Source of the DNA: Octopus bimaculoides
Lineage: Eukaryota
DNA: 47,624 nt
Reading direction: 5' to 3'
Assembly (NCBI RefSeq): GCF_001194135.2
Contig: NC_068983.1
Location: 4,521,683 to 4,569,306, forward strand
The notes beneath the pieces were generated by a model that made no database searches, was not told the origin of the DNA, and saw nothing but the letters and a program-made list of their open reading frames with translations. Below, one piece after another: positions 22,744-32,326 of the stretch; position 1 is the first letter of the stretch; each line of letters opens with the position of its first letter. A program made the position numbers and the translations under genes.

Positions 22744-24944
22744 TCACTGCCTGGAATCAAACTCAGAGTCTTGGAGTTAGTAGCCCACGCTCTTAACCAC
22801 TGTGCCATATGCACAGATATCTCGCTATCTTCTGTATGAAATATCAATAATCTATCAATAAGCTATTAACATATTGACCTTTTATAGCTGCTTCATAAAC
22901 CGGAGTAACCCCATATTTGTTTGACACATCTTTCTGACAGCCAGCATCAGACAGAATCTGAAAACATGAAAAAGAAAAATTCATAAATTGAAATTCCACA
23001 TAAAAAGAAGAGTGAAGTCACTCTTTAGCAGTGGACTTAATGGTTTTGATGGCATGAACAATATTTTCTTTCCTCGAAAAATGTCTCAAAAAAATCACCT
23101 TGGCCCTATATGCAAAGGTGGACCTTCCATAAGTTTTAATACATTAAAAACAACGATCACGCTTGGACGGTGCTCTTAGCGCTCCACTGGTACAGGGGCC
23201 ATCACGATTTCGCTTTCACTTGCCCCAACAGGTCTTCGCAAGTTGAGTTTAGTGTTCAATGAAGGAGACGTTAGTATGGGTGCCAGTCGTCGAATTTAGT
23301 TTGATTTTGATTTCACTATATATATATATATATATATATATTCTTTTATTCTTTTACTTGTTTCAGTCATTTGACTGAAACAAGTAAAAGCACCACCTTT
23401 AGTCAAGTAAATCAACCCCAGGACTTACTTTTTGTAAGCCTAGTACTTATTCTATTGGTCTCATTTGCCGATCCGCTAAGTTACAGGGGACGTAAATACA
23501 TCAGCATCAGTTGTCAAGCGATGTTGGGGAGGGGGGACAAACACAGACACACAAATACACACACACATATATATAGATATAGATATACAATGGGCTTCTT
23601 TCAGTTTCCGTCTACCAAATCCACTCACAAGGATCCACTCTACTAAATCCACTCATGAGGCTATAGTAAAAGACACTTACCCAAGGTGCCACGCAGTGGG
23701 ATTGAACCCAGGACCATGTAGTTGGTAAGCAAACTACTTACCACACAGCCACTACTATGCCTATATATATATATATATATNNNNNNNNNNNNNNNNNNNN
23801 NNNNNNNNNNNNNNNNNNNNNNNNNNNNNNNNNNNNNNNNNNNNNNNNNNNNNNNNNNNNNNNNNNNNNNNNNNNNNNNNNNNNNNNNNNNNNNNNNNNN
23901 NNNNNNNNNNNNNNNNNNNNNNNNNNNNNNNNNNNNNNNNNNNNNNNNNNNNNNNNNNNNNNNNNNNNNNNNNNNNNTGCACACTAATCGACTTATACTT
24001 ACTTGTCCAAATTATTTGTATTCTTATTATTTTCCTTAACAAATTTAGACATTTATCCACTCCCATATATATTTTTTCTTCATGCACAAGCTTTCCCTTT
24101 TCTTCTCTCACACTGTGCTTTCCACACATTTTCAATCGAATCTCCTGTGAGTTAACATGGGATCCCTTCATTTGACTAAGGTATTTTAGGCTTGAAGAGT
24201 AGCTAGTGCAGTACACCCCTCATTTTGGGTAATTGCTATTTGTGAGGCTCTGCTGGGAAACACATGTAGCCTGGATTTTATTTACTCCATTCTCTAAATT
24301 TGGATATATATATATATACTTATATGTGCCCTATGATCACCATGTGGGAATGTATGTGTGTATGTGTGTGTTTGTCCTCTACTGCTTGATAACTGGTGTT
24401 GGTTTGTTTACATCACTGTAATCTAGCAGTTCAGCAAAAAAGAATTGATAAAAGAGGAACTAGATATTAAAGAAAAAAGTGGGGCTGATTTGTTAAACAT
24501 AACCTTTCAGGGTTATGCTCCAGCATGGTCACAACCCAATAACTGAGACAAGAAGGAAATAAGAGATAATCTAGGACTACATTATCCAATATTCCATTCC
24601 TTTATTTGGAGAAAGTAGGATTTGGTTTGAAAGAGATTTAACATCTATTTCTAGCACATACCTAGAGCCTCCCTTGTTATCTCAAATCACTCACGTGTAA
24701 CTGTAACAATGCATTTTATATTAAAGAGAAGAAACAAGAACGCTTATCCAAGAATGAACTGAAGCAGAAAATAGAAAACACATGTTTGACTTTGGCATCA
24801 AAAAGAAATGTGAAGAGCGTCTTGAAAGCTGCCCTGTATTCCTCCTCAGAATAAAAACACAAGTAATTGGTAAATGAAAGCAACACTAATTGTAGAGGAT
24901 GTCTACTAAAGATAGTTTGTGTAAACAAATATATAAATAAATAA

Positions 24945-24983
<39 letters not shown>

Positions 24984-26587
24984 TATTTCTCTATTTAGGT
25001 AAGTATAGCGAGGTTATTTAAGAAGAGGGAGATGTAAATCTGGGCTAAATACTTGTTGTGTGGGAATGTGCATGTCTGTCTGTCTGTATGCCTGTATACA
25101 CACACACACACACACATACATACATACATACATACATACTTTTTTTTGTATTCAGTTGTAATATAATCAATTTACATTAATTTGATGGGTTGTTGTGTAC
25201 TTTTGCGGAATGCAAATTTATTATCATTAAACAAAAATATTATTGACAGTGACTTCGAAGTTAAGTCAGGTTAGCCAGAGTCTGATGACGGCTTAATATG
25301 TAACCCATCTTTATATATAACTCAACATAAAAGCAAACATACATACAGACATATATACACACACATATACATATAGATACACACATATGTATGTATATGT
25401 GTGTATATATGCATATTCAATATATGTGGAGAGTGAGAGACATGGCTGTGTGCTTCCCAACCACTAACTAAAAATAAATCTATTGATTAATCTGATCGTT
25501 AATTCCAATATTCCAGCAAGTTGCATGTTAGAAATCACCAAAGAAAGCTTTCGTAAGACACACCAACTACTGACAAAACTGAATCAGCATGTCAAAATAT
25601 TCCAACAGGGTGGCTTCAATCTCGCAAACCTGAAATGGCCAAGAGGTCACATTCCCTTAGCTAGGACACAGCACACCATGGGTGCAAACGAAAAGAACCT
25701 CATGATACTTCAATCTTGTTCAGCACATCAGTCTCTTGAAAAAATGTTCTGATGTCCAGCAACTGACATGGTAGACATCTACAAGACTATCCACCATCTT
25801 TCCAACAGAAACCTTCGGCACCGTGCTGAATTTTATGTCTAACACTTGTGGACATGCTTAAAAAATATAAAAAACAACACACTACTCGTGATTTTCGGGA
25901 TAATTTTTCACACTCAGAATTGCTGAAGCATGAAATAAACTTCCCATATCAGTTGTTAGCTTTTGGGACACGTGTGAAAGTACATGGCTAAATGGTTAGG
26001 GTAGTTGGCTCAAGATCGTGCATTGGACACTTGGTGGCACATTGTGTCCTTGAGCGAGACGCTTTATTTCACATTGCTCCAGTCCACTACAGCTGGATGC
26101 TCTTCCTAATGCCAACCACTCTGAGAGTGTAGTGGTTGGCGAGTGCAGCTTTTTTATGTGCCACCGGTACAAGGACCAAAGGGGGCTGGCATCGGCCACA
26201 CTCAGATGGTGCTTTTTACATGCCACCGGCACGGGGATCAAAACTACAATTTCCATTTGATTTGATTTGATTTTGATGTACTTGACTCAATAGGTCTCCT
26301 CAAGCATGGCATGCCGCCCTACAATCCAAGGTACTTTTGAGGTACGCATTTGTTCATTTGTTTCACATCCAATTTTCTGTGCCAGTATGTTCCAGATGGG
26401 AAACTCGCCAATCAAATCCACTCACAAAGCTTTGGCCGGGTCAGGGCTATTGTAGAAGAGAAACTTGTCTAAGGTGTTACACAGTGGAACTGAACTTGAA
26501 AGGATAAGGTCGGAAGGCAAACTTGTTAACCACACAGCCACACCCACACATCTGATATACATTAAAATTAACCACACACATGCACAC

Positions 26588-26626
<39 letters not shown>

Positions 26627-29600
26627 TAAAGAAATAACTGAAATAATAACAATACAAATTAGATTCCAAAAACAAAAAATATAAAAATGAAATTCTACAA
26701 AATTTTGTTTGGGTTAATTTTAAAGGATAAATTGTACATTTATTGAAAAACGAAAAAAAAATGACTAGAATATACTGACCTTAACAATATCAAAGAGTCC
26801 AAGACGAGCAGCCAAAAATATCGGTGGATGGTCCTGACTACCAATATTAACATCACAGCCATGTTTTATGAGATTCTCCACAACAGTTTTATCTTTAGAT
26901 TTAATAGCAGCATATAATGGAGTCATGCCTATATTATCACGAACTTGAACACAAGCAGATGCCTCTAATAACAGAAGGCAGACATCGGTCTGGGCAGACT
27001 CTGCTGCCACAAATAGAGGAGTCTGTTGAGTACGTTTGTTCGGTTGTTCCAAACAAACCCCAGCATCTAGAAGAAGTCGACATACTTCGTAGTGTCCGTG
27101 TTTAGCAGCGTATACCAAAGGTGTGTTGCCGTCCTCATCGTAATCGCATTGGTAACAGTGACGACCACACTGAAGACACAGCATTACTTGGGGACGTAAT
27201 TCCTGAAACGTACAATAAAATCATACTATAATAATGCATGCATATACATACACAAATGCATATAAATATATTTATTATTTAAGAAAATAAGAAAATAGAG
27301 AGATAATTAAATTAATAATCATTCATTTATTATAAAATAGGACATCATCTCTTATCATCATCATCATCATCATCATCATCGTTTAACGTCTGTTTTCCAT
27401 GCTGGCATTGGACGGTTCAACTGGGGTCTGGGAAGCCAGGAAGCTGCACCAGGCTCCAATCTGATCTGGCAATGTTTCTACAACTGGATGCCCTTCCTAA
27501 CGCTAACCATTCCAAGAGTGTAGTGGGTGCTTTTATACATGCCACCGGCACTGGGGCCAGAGGAAGCTGGCATCGACCATGATCAGATGGTGCTTTTTAC
27601 GTTCCACTGGCACAGAAGCCAGTCAAGGCAGCGCTGGCATCGGCCACATTTGAGTGGTGCTTTTTACATGCCACCAGCACGGGGATCAAATAATAATTAT
27701 TATTAAATAATTATTAATTTAATTATATCTCTATTTTCTTTTTTTCTTAACGCTAAGAATGTTGCCCAGCATGCTAACGTTTCTTCCATCTACTGCCTTT
27801 CGTCTATCGTGCTATCGCTGATAGCTCCGCAAGATAATGACTTCATAACATCTACCTTGATGGTAACTTCAATTTGTACACATCACATAACTGACACTGA
27901 CTCCAACTGAGAAACTCGTACCACAAATCTACTACTACTGACTGACTTTGACTTCATAGTGGCTGAGTCATACCATTTTGCCACATGGGAAGGTGTGTAC
28001 CATTTCACGACAACAGTGAATATGGTAAATAAATTAGAAGAAGATTAACACAAACCACCCAACCATCAAATTACATGTGAGTATATAAAGTACATAAAGA
28101 GATATGTTTGTGTCTTTGAGTACAAGAGACTGTAGCCATGCTTGTTTCACTAACCTGGTCTACTTGTTTTGGTTTATTTTCTTTTTCTGGAGCCATCAGA
28201 CTCATATTAGCATTTACTTGGCTTCCATGGTATGTAATAAATTAGTAGAACATAACACAAACCATCTAACCATCAAGTTACATGTGAAGGCACATGGCTT
28301 AGTGGTTAAATGGTATTCGGTTCAAGATTGTAAGGTTGTAAATTCGATATCTGGCCATGTATTATGTCCTTGAGCAAGACACTTTATTTCACATTGCTGC
28401 AGTTCCACTCAGATGGCAAAAATGAGTAATACCTGTAATTCAAAAGGGCCAGCCATGTCACATTCTGTGTCATGCTGAATCTCCCTGAGAACTACATTAA
28501 AGGTATGTGTCTATGGAGCACTCAACCACTTGCATGTTAATTTCATAAGAGGGTTATTCTGCTTATCACATCAACTGGAACCCTCGTCAGCATAACCAAC
28601 GGAACGCCAGTTCACCCTGGCACCGTATCACCGTGACTTACCCTGGCACCCTATCACCATCAATATCCTTCTTCCAGTGCCACCCCACTTACACTTATAG
28701 ACTGTGAGGTAGTCGTGTACCTCCTCTACACCAAGAAACCTGTTATTGTTCTTTCTCTCAAACTTTGGTAAGTGGTAGGAAAGGAATTCAGCTATAAGAA
28801 CCATGCCAAAGCAGACAATGAAGAAAGACTCAGTACCCTCGACTCATCAGGTCCTGTCGGACCATCCAACCATGCTAGCATGGAAGACAGATATTAAATA
28901 ATAATCAAAATCAAATCAAATGGAAATTGTAGTTGTGAGCCCTGTGCCAGTAGCATGTAAAAAACACCATATGAACGTGGCCGATGCCAGTGCCGCTTTG
29001 ACTGGCTTCCATGCCGGTGACACGTAAAAAGCACCATCCAATCGTGGTCGATGCTAGTTCCTCTGGCCCTTGTGCCAGTGGCACGTAAAAAGCACCCACT
29101 ACACTCTCGGAGTGGTTGGCGTTAGGAAGGGCATCCAGCTGTAGAAACTCTGCCACATCAGATTGGGGTTTGGTGCAGCTGCTTGGCTAACCCCTGTCCA
29201 ACCCCGTACAACCCATCAGTATGAAAAACAGACATTAAATGATGATGATGATGAATGATGATGACGAGTTAATGTTAGGTGCCTTTATTCTGAAATTTAA
29301 ACAAGCTATGGGTTGATCTAATCGAATGGACTTTCACAAGGAACCTGCTGACACCAAAGGACAGCAGGACTGAAATTATGCAAAAGTGGGAGAAACTGTA
29401 CATACCAAAAGAGGTTGCATCAGGAGATATTGTACGATTTTTGTAAATCCATAATAACAGCTGATGCATAGCGGAGTCCATCCAGCCGAAGAACAGTTTA
29501 CATCAGCACCAGCCTCTACAAGAGTTTTCACTGTAGTATAGTCATTATTAGTGACAGCCTTCAGGAAATTTTTGTCAAAATTGCTCAAATGACAAATGGC

Positions 29601-29639
29601 ACTTTCTAGTTTCTTGCACTTCACCCAGGAACAGTCCAT
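5166..29639 (-). CDS. Spliced gene for an ankyrin-repeat and SOCS-box (ASB-like) protein, 495 aa; join complement(29406-29639, 26780-27202, 22879-22957, 19021-19152, 11965-12103, 5985-6140, 5166-5490)
   Basis: Seven exons with GT/AG ends and matching phases (0,0,1,1,2,2) sum to 1488 nt = 495 codons + TAG. About 9 ankyrin repeats (GWTPL, GNTPL, QQTPL, GMTPL, DHPPI, GVTPV, QNTPL, KRSPV) and a terminal SOCS box (TLQALTRIVIR...LPLPKILKDYI). The orthologue is not assignable without a search. Confidence 0.9.
5985..6140 (-). CDS. ASB-like coding exon 6 (156 nt)
   Basis: Acceptor atcttttcag|AATGTG, donor CAG|GTAAAT. Translation MWTVVVREMFEKDFIDCILVLLKDDCCWPLVEMIEPWERSLLHNFNIIRVF(S); stop-free and phase-compatible on both sides. 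Confidence 0.85.
6500..6715 (-). mobile_element. SINE family C
   Basis: Contains GGTTGGCGTTAGGAAGGGCATCC and the tail GTCCAACCCATGCTAGCATGGAAAGC on the minus strand. Confidence 0.8.
7143..7470 (+). mobile_element. SINE family B
   Basis: Co-linear with 4661-5032. Confidence 0.8.
7757..7918 (-). mobile_element. SINE family C 3' part with (GAT)n tail
   Basis: (ATC)n followed by the reverse complement of the family C tail. Confidence 0.8.
8322..9400 (+). mobile_element. Decayed Ty3/Gypsy-type LTR retrotransposon gag-protease remnant (intron 5, antisense to gene)
   Basis: Frameshifted peptides MEDLLASVVQLQRQQQ...NSVEEFNYNP, SLFNTHWKCLNL, YAGVVNRECE, FKSLIFVQGL..DADIR..KLEQDQKLTLQTVAEECERIVNLRHD; decayed zinc knuckle CFKCSKIG (9061-9099); protease motif LNTGSD, cf. 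LDTGSD (9188-9205). No RT or paired LTRs were found. Confidence 0.85.
10185..10580 (+). mobile_element. SINE family B
   Basis: Co-linear with 4661-5032. Confidence 0.82.
10995..11046 (-). mobile_element. Head-only fragment of the same tRNA SINE
   Basis: Reverse complement of GGCATATGGCGTAGTGGTTAAGAGCGCAGGCTACCAACCCCAAGATTCCGAGTTCGATTCC (A and B boxes). Confidence 0.7.
11568..11737. mobile_element. hAT MITE, 170 bp
   Basis: TIRs CAGTGGTTCC / GGAACCACTG and a perfect 8-bp TSD GCCTACAC (11560-11567, 11738-11745). Confidence 0.92.
11965..12103 (-). CDS. ASB-like coding exon 5 (139 nt)
   Basis: Acceptor ttatttttcag|CTGGTG, donor GAG|GTATGG. Translation (A)GASIQVRDYKKRSPVQVSLLSGSAHVLEYYLKIGVNLHKGFHSME(R); phase 1 in, phase 2 out. 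Confidence 0.9.
12140..12815 (+). mobile_element. SINE family B interrupted by a family C SINE (about 12300-12632)
   Basis: B head 12140-12295, C body ending in (GAT)n, then B tail 12640-12815. Confidence 0.8.
13215..13381. repeat. Minisatellite, 7 copies of ATATATATTCACAGAA
   Basis: Three about 31-bp units followed by units collapsing to 19 bp. Confidence 0.9.
13439..13598 (+). mobile_element. SINE family A
   Basis: GTGAGCTGGCAGAACTGTTAGCAC head and shared body. Confidence 0.8.
13836..14160 (-). mobile_element. SINE family C
   Basis: (ATC)n tail, AGGAAGGGCATCCAGC core, internal GTGCCACCAGCA repeats. Confidence 0.85.
14415..15047. other. Assembly gap (N)
   Basis: Run of N. Confidence 1.
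15048..15385 (-). mobile_element. SINE family B
   Basis: Reverse complement of the 4661-5032 type; its 3' end runs into the gap. Confidence 0.85.
16776..16933. repeat. GA-rich compound minisatellite
   Basis: Repeated AGAGAGGGAGAGAGAGATG[ATG/GGG] units. Confidence 0.9.
17354..17752 (-). mobile_element. SINE family B, full length
   Basis: Reverse complement of the 4661-5032 type. Confidence 0.88.
19021..19152 (-). CDS. ASB-like coding exon 4 (132 nt)
   Basis: Acceptor gttgctttcag|ATTTCA, donor AAAG|GTATGT. Translation (D)FRDILEHLLDKGWDSNKCDMYQNTPLHIMASKNCLQSTQLLLK. Confidence 0.92.
20150..20285. repeat. (CAT)n microsatellite with CTT interruptions
   Basis: Direct observation. Confidence 0.95.
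21010..21227. mobile_element. Degenerate piggyBac-like MITE
   Basis: TTAA on both sides; decayed TIRs CCTTTCAACATT / AATGCTAAAGAA. Confidence 0.5.
21763..21972. mobile_element. hAT MITE, 210 bp
   Basis: TIRs CAGGGGTTCCCA / TGGGAACCGCTG; 8-bp TSD ATCTAGAT / ACCTAGAT. Confidence 0.88.
22546..22815 (-). mobile_element. Second full copy of the hammerhead-tailed tRNA SINE, in intron 3, sense to the gene
   Basis: Head (TGGCACAGTGGTTAAGAGCGTGGG...GAGTTTGATTCC), (AAT)n, and tail co-linear with 1593-1838. Hammerhead at 22595-22642 keeps CUGAUGA but has GAAAU and a stem-I mismatch. Confidence 0.85.
22879..22957 (-). CDS. ASB-like coding exon 3 (79 nt; absent from the ORF track)
   Basis: Acceptor tttcatgttttcag|ATTCTG, donor AAAG|GTCAAT. 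Translation ILSDAGCQKDVSNKYGVTPVYEAAIK continues the ankyrin register between exons 2 and 4. Confidence 0.88.
23341..23760 (-). mobile_element. SINE family B
   Basis: Reverse complement of the 4661-5032 type, with a local AAATCCACTCA duplication at about 23617-23657. Confidence 0.85.
23781..23977. other. Assembly gap (N)
   Basis: Run of N. Confidence 1.
26780..27202 (-). CDS. ASB-like coding exon 2 (141 codons; ankyrin repeats 3-6)
   Basis: Acceptor tacgtttcag|GAATTA, donor AAG|GTCAGT. Translation ELRPQVMLCLQCGRHCYQCDYDEDGNTPLVYAAKHGHYEVCRLLLDAG...DHPPIFLAARLGLFDIVK. Confidence 0.95.
27355..27690 (-). mobile_element. SINE family C
   Basis: As above; in intron 1. Confidence 0.85.
28290..28610 (+). 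mobile_element. tRNA-derived SINE, family E
   Basis: Head GGCTTAGTGGTTAA...AATTCGATATC, CORE-like TGTCCTTGAGCAAGACACTT; partial homologue at about 25985-26090. Confidence 0.65.
28905..29262 (+). mobile_element. SINE family C
   Basis: AAAAAGCACC-type internal repeats, GGTTGGCGTTAGGAAGGGCATCCAGCTGTAGAAAC core, (GAT)n tail. Confidence 0.85.
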
Positions 29640-29650
29640 TCCAACACATC
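29406..29650 (-). CDS. ASB-like coding exon 1 (probable ATG at 29639; ankyrin repeats 1-2)
   Basis: Acceptor ttttattttcag|GATGTG, donor TTG|GTATGT. Translation MDCSWVKCKK...FLKAVTNNDYTTVKTLVEAGADVNCSSAGWTPLCISCYYGFTKIVQYLLMQPLL. The ATG is in GGAATGG context. The frame is open to the acceptor, so an upstream coding exon cannot be excluded. Confidence 0.9.
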
Positions 29651-29711
29651 CTGAAAATAAAAACAAAGAAAAAGGTGATCTTACTTAAAAATTAAAGTTC
29701 AAAATACAGTT

Positions 29712-30460
29712 TAGGAAGCTTGCTTCCCAACCACATGGTTCCAGGTTCAGTCCCACTGCATGACACCTTGGTCAAGTGTCTTCTACTATAGCAGTTTTTC
29801 CCAACCAATTTTCCCCCAGGCCCCAGTTAACTTTTCAGGAAAATATATGCCCCACCAGTGATTGGAAAACAACAATTTTATTTCTAATATTTTATCACAA
29901 TTATTTAATACAAAACAATCTACTGGTAATTCTTTTATTAAGTACTGAGTACAGAATAAATGTACATTATTGACTAAGAAAGGAATAACTTTTATGAGAA
30001 CCTTATGTCTGGCGACTATGGCACCATGCCTTACCACAATTGTCCCAGACCCCACCAGTAGGGTGTATGCCCCACTGGAATCACTGTACTATAGCCTTGC
30101 GAGTGGATTTGGTAGACGGAGACTGAATGAAGACCATTGTGTGTGTGTGTGTATGTGTTGTGCTCAAGAACACAATACATCATCCAGTCCAGGAATCGAA
30201 ACCACAATCTTACAATCATGAGTCCAGCACTCTAACCACTAAGACACGTGCATCCACTGCTTTCATCCTTTAGGGGGTCACTAAACAGGTGTTGGTGTGT
30301 TTATGTCCCCATAACTTAGCGGTGTAGTCAAAGGAACCAATAAAATAAGTACCAAACTTTAAAAACATTTAGTTGTGGGTTTGATTCATTCATCTAAAAT
30401 TTCTTCAAGGCGGTGCCCCAGCATGGCCGTGGTCTAATGTCTGAAGCAAACAATCAAAAG
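29712..30460 (+). mobile_element. SINE family B interrupted by a hAT MITE and a second SINE fragment
   Basis: Head 29712-29791, MITE, continuation 30095-30155, antisense SINE fragment, then tail at about 30285-30460. Confidence 0.75.
29792..30086. mobile_element. hAT MITE, 295 bp, inserted into a SINE
   Basis: Perfect 8-bp TSD TACTATAG (29784-29791, 30087-30094), degenerate TIRs CAGTTTTTCC / GGAATCACTG. The host SINE resumes after the TSD. Confidence 0.85.
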
Positions 30461-30816
30461 ATGAAAGGTAAAAAGAATTAAAATACAACTTCCCTATTTC
30501 AATCTTCTCACCTACATTTCCACACCACTCCTCTAATTGAATTAGTGAAGTTTACTTAATTAAAACACATTAAAGGCCACTTCAATTACAGCTAATAGAA
30601 TACTTATGTCCAGATTAACAGGTCTTTACAGATTAAAGTGTTACTAAAACAAAAAAAACAAAAAAAAAACACTGTAAAAATAAAATAGAAAGAAATTAAG
30701 TTAAGTGTTGAATGTTTTGTAACAAAACTTGTTGGATATCTGCAACTTATGACTAAAGTTAACATAAGATTAAAATGTGAGTACGTGGGTGGACATGTAC
30801 TTTACACAGATGCTAA

Positions 30817-31029
30817 CCCTTTCGTTACTGTAGTTCTGTTGAGATGCTCTGTTTTTCTCTCAATTGTTTTGAATATAAACAAAGAATTTGGTAAAATAAC
30901 TTAGTTGTTATTCAGCTAGTGTTAGGAACATAAATTGTAACTAAGGCTTGGTGGAAGATTTTAATTCAGAAAACAAGACATTTGTACTCAGAGCCAGAAG
31001 CAGTTTCAGCCGAGATGGTAACGAAAGGG
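30817..31029. mobile_element. piggyBac-like MITE, 213 bp
   Basis: TIRs CCCTTTCGTTAC / GTAACGAAAGGG flanked by CTAA and TTAA. Confidence 0.85.
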
Positions 31030-31867
31030 TTAAGGCTCTTCCACAACTTGTGATATATAATCCATGAATCCATAAAGTAGAGTGGATTATAATAAGATGG
31101 GCATCCAGCTATAAAATGGATGCTGGTAAGAAGAGCATCCAGCTTATAAAGCCATAGAAAAAGAAGAAAAAAAAGAGAAAAAAATTGAACAAATGAACAA
31201 AAGAAACATGGTTTCCATAAGCTGCACAGAGGCAACCTATCTAGAAGAATGGTGACTCTGAAATTAAGGAGAGGGAAGACTTTATTTATGGCACCAGCAC
31301 CAGAGATAGTCTCTAAAGGAACATGACAACAAGCAATGAGACGGTACGACAGTATGGAAAAACAAAAGCAAGATGTTGATATGTGTGTGTATGCATGTGT
31401 GTGTGTGTACATGAGAGAGCTCTGTGTATATTGTTGATGACAGAAATAGTCGCACAGAACACGGCTGGCCTCTTTCACAACTGGCTGACAGTATTGCAGA
31501 CACTATGGCTTAACAAGCTCTGCTGTGCCAGATGCAAGCGCTTAGTCCAAATACATTTTATCTCTCCTCATGGATACTTCATGAAGGAAAGACAAGTCAT
31601 GATATAGAAGAAACAGAACAGAGATGTAAATAGTAGTCTAATGTCAGAGAAATTCATTGTTCAGTTATATAATTAAGCAGTTGATTACTTTGAAGGAAAA
31701 GAAACTACAGTGTATATGGAAACTCCCCAAACCACCATTTACTTATAACTTCACACACACACAAATTTATGTATATATGTATGTAACATATGGTATAATT
31801 ATAAACAGGGCAAATTTTAGCCCATTTCTCCGCAGACTGAAAAAAAACATTATGAACAACCTTAATT

Positions 31868-31905
31868 GATTTTCGAACCTTATTGGGTTCTCATCAGAGG
31901 CGTCT
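31868..31905 (-). ncRNA. Truncated hammerhead core, family Z
   Basis: Minus strand reads GACGCCU CUGAUGA GAACC-CAAUAA-GGUUC GAAA AUC: perfect stem II, but stem III and the 3' arm of stem I are missing. Confidence 0.4.
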
Positions 31906-32326
31906 ACATCATTCTGACAGTCTCCAGAGAAACAAGCAGCTGAACTGTTTATATACTCAACAAATGCAGCAGTTCTCTATGAAGGATTTCCTAATTTGCA
32001 TACCGAAAGTGTTTAACACTCTATAAATACCAGTTCATTTATTTGTTTGTCGTTAGACTGCAGCCATGCCGGAGCACCAACTTAAAGGGTTTGGGTGAAT
32101 ATATCACCCCCAATACTTTTGTTATTTTTTAAAGCCTCATACCTATTTTATCAGTCTCTTTTTGCCAAACCAACACCAGTTTTAAGCAGTGGTAGGTCAC
32201 GCACACACAACGGGCTTCTTTTAGCCCCTGTCCCCCAAATCCATCCACAAAGCTTTGGTTGGACTGAACCTGTAATAGAAGACACTTGCCTAAGGATCTA
32301 CACAGTGGGACTGGTATATTATTGCT

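Noticed and set aside
25282-25310. CTGATGACGGC as a hammerhead core
   Set aside because: No closing stem II or GAAA follows.
25483-25940. 89-aa ORF and adjacent coding-like sequence (also 24716-24928)
   Set aside because: No recognisable motif or splice framework, and it is not needed for the ASB reading frame.
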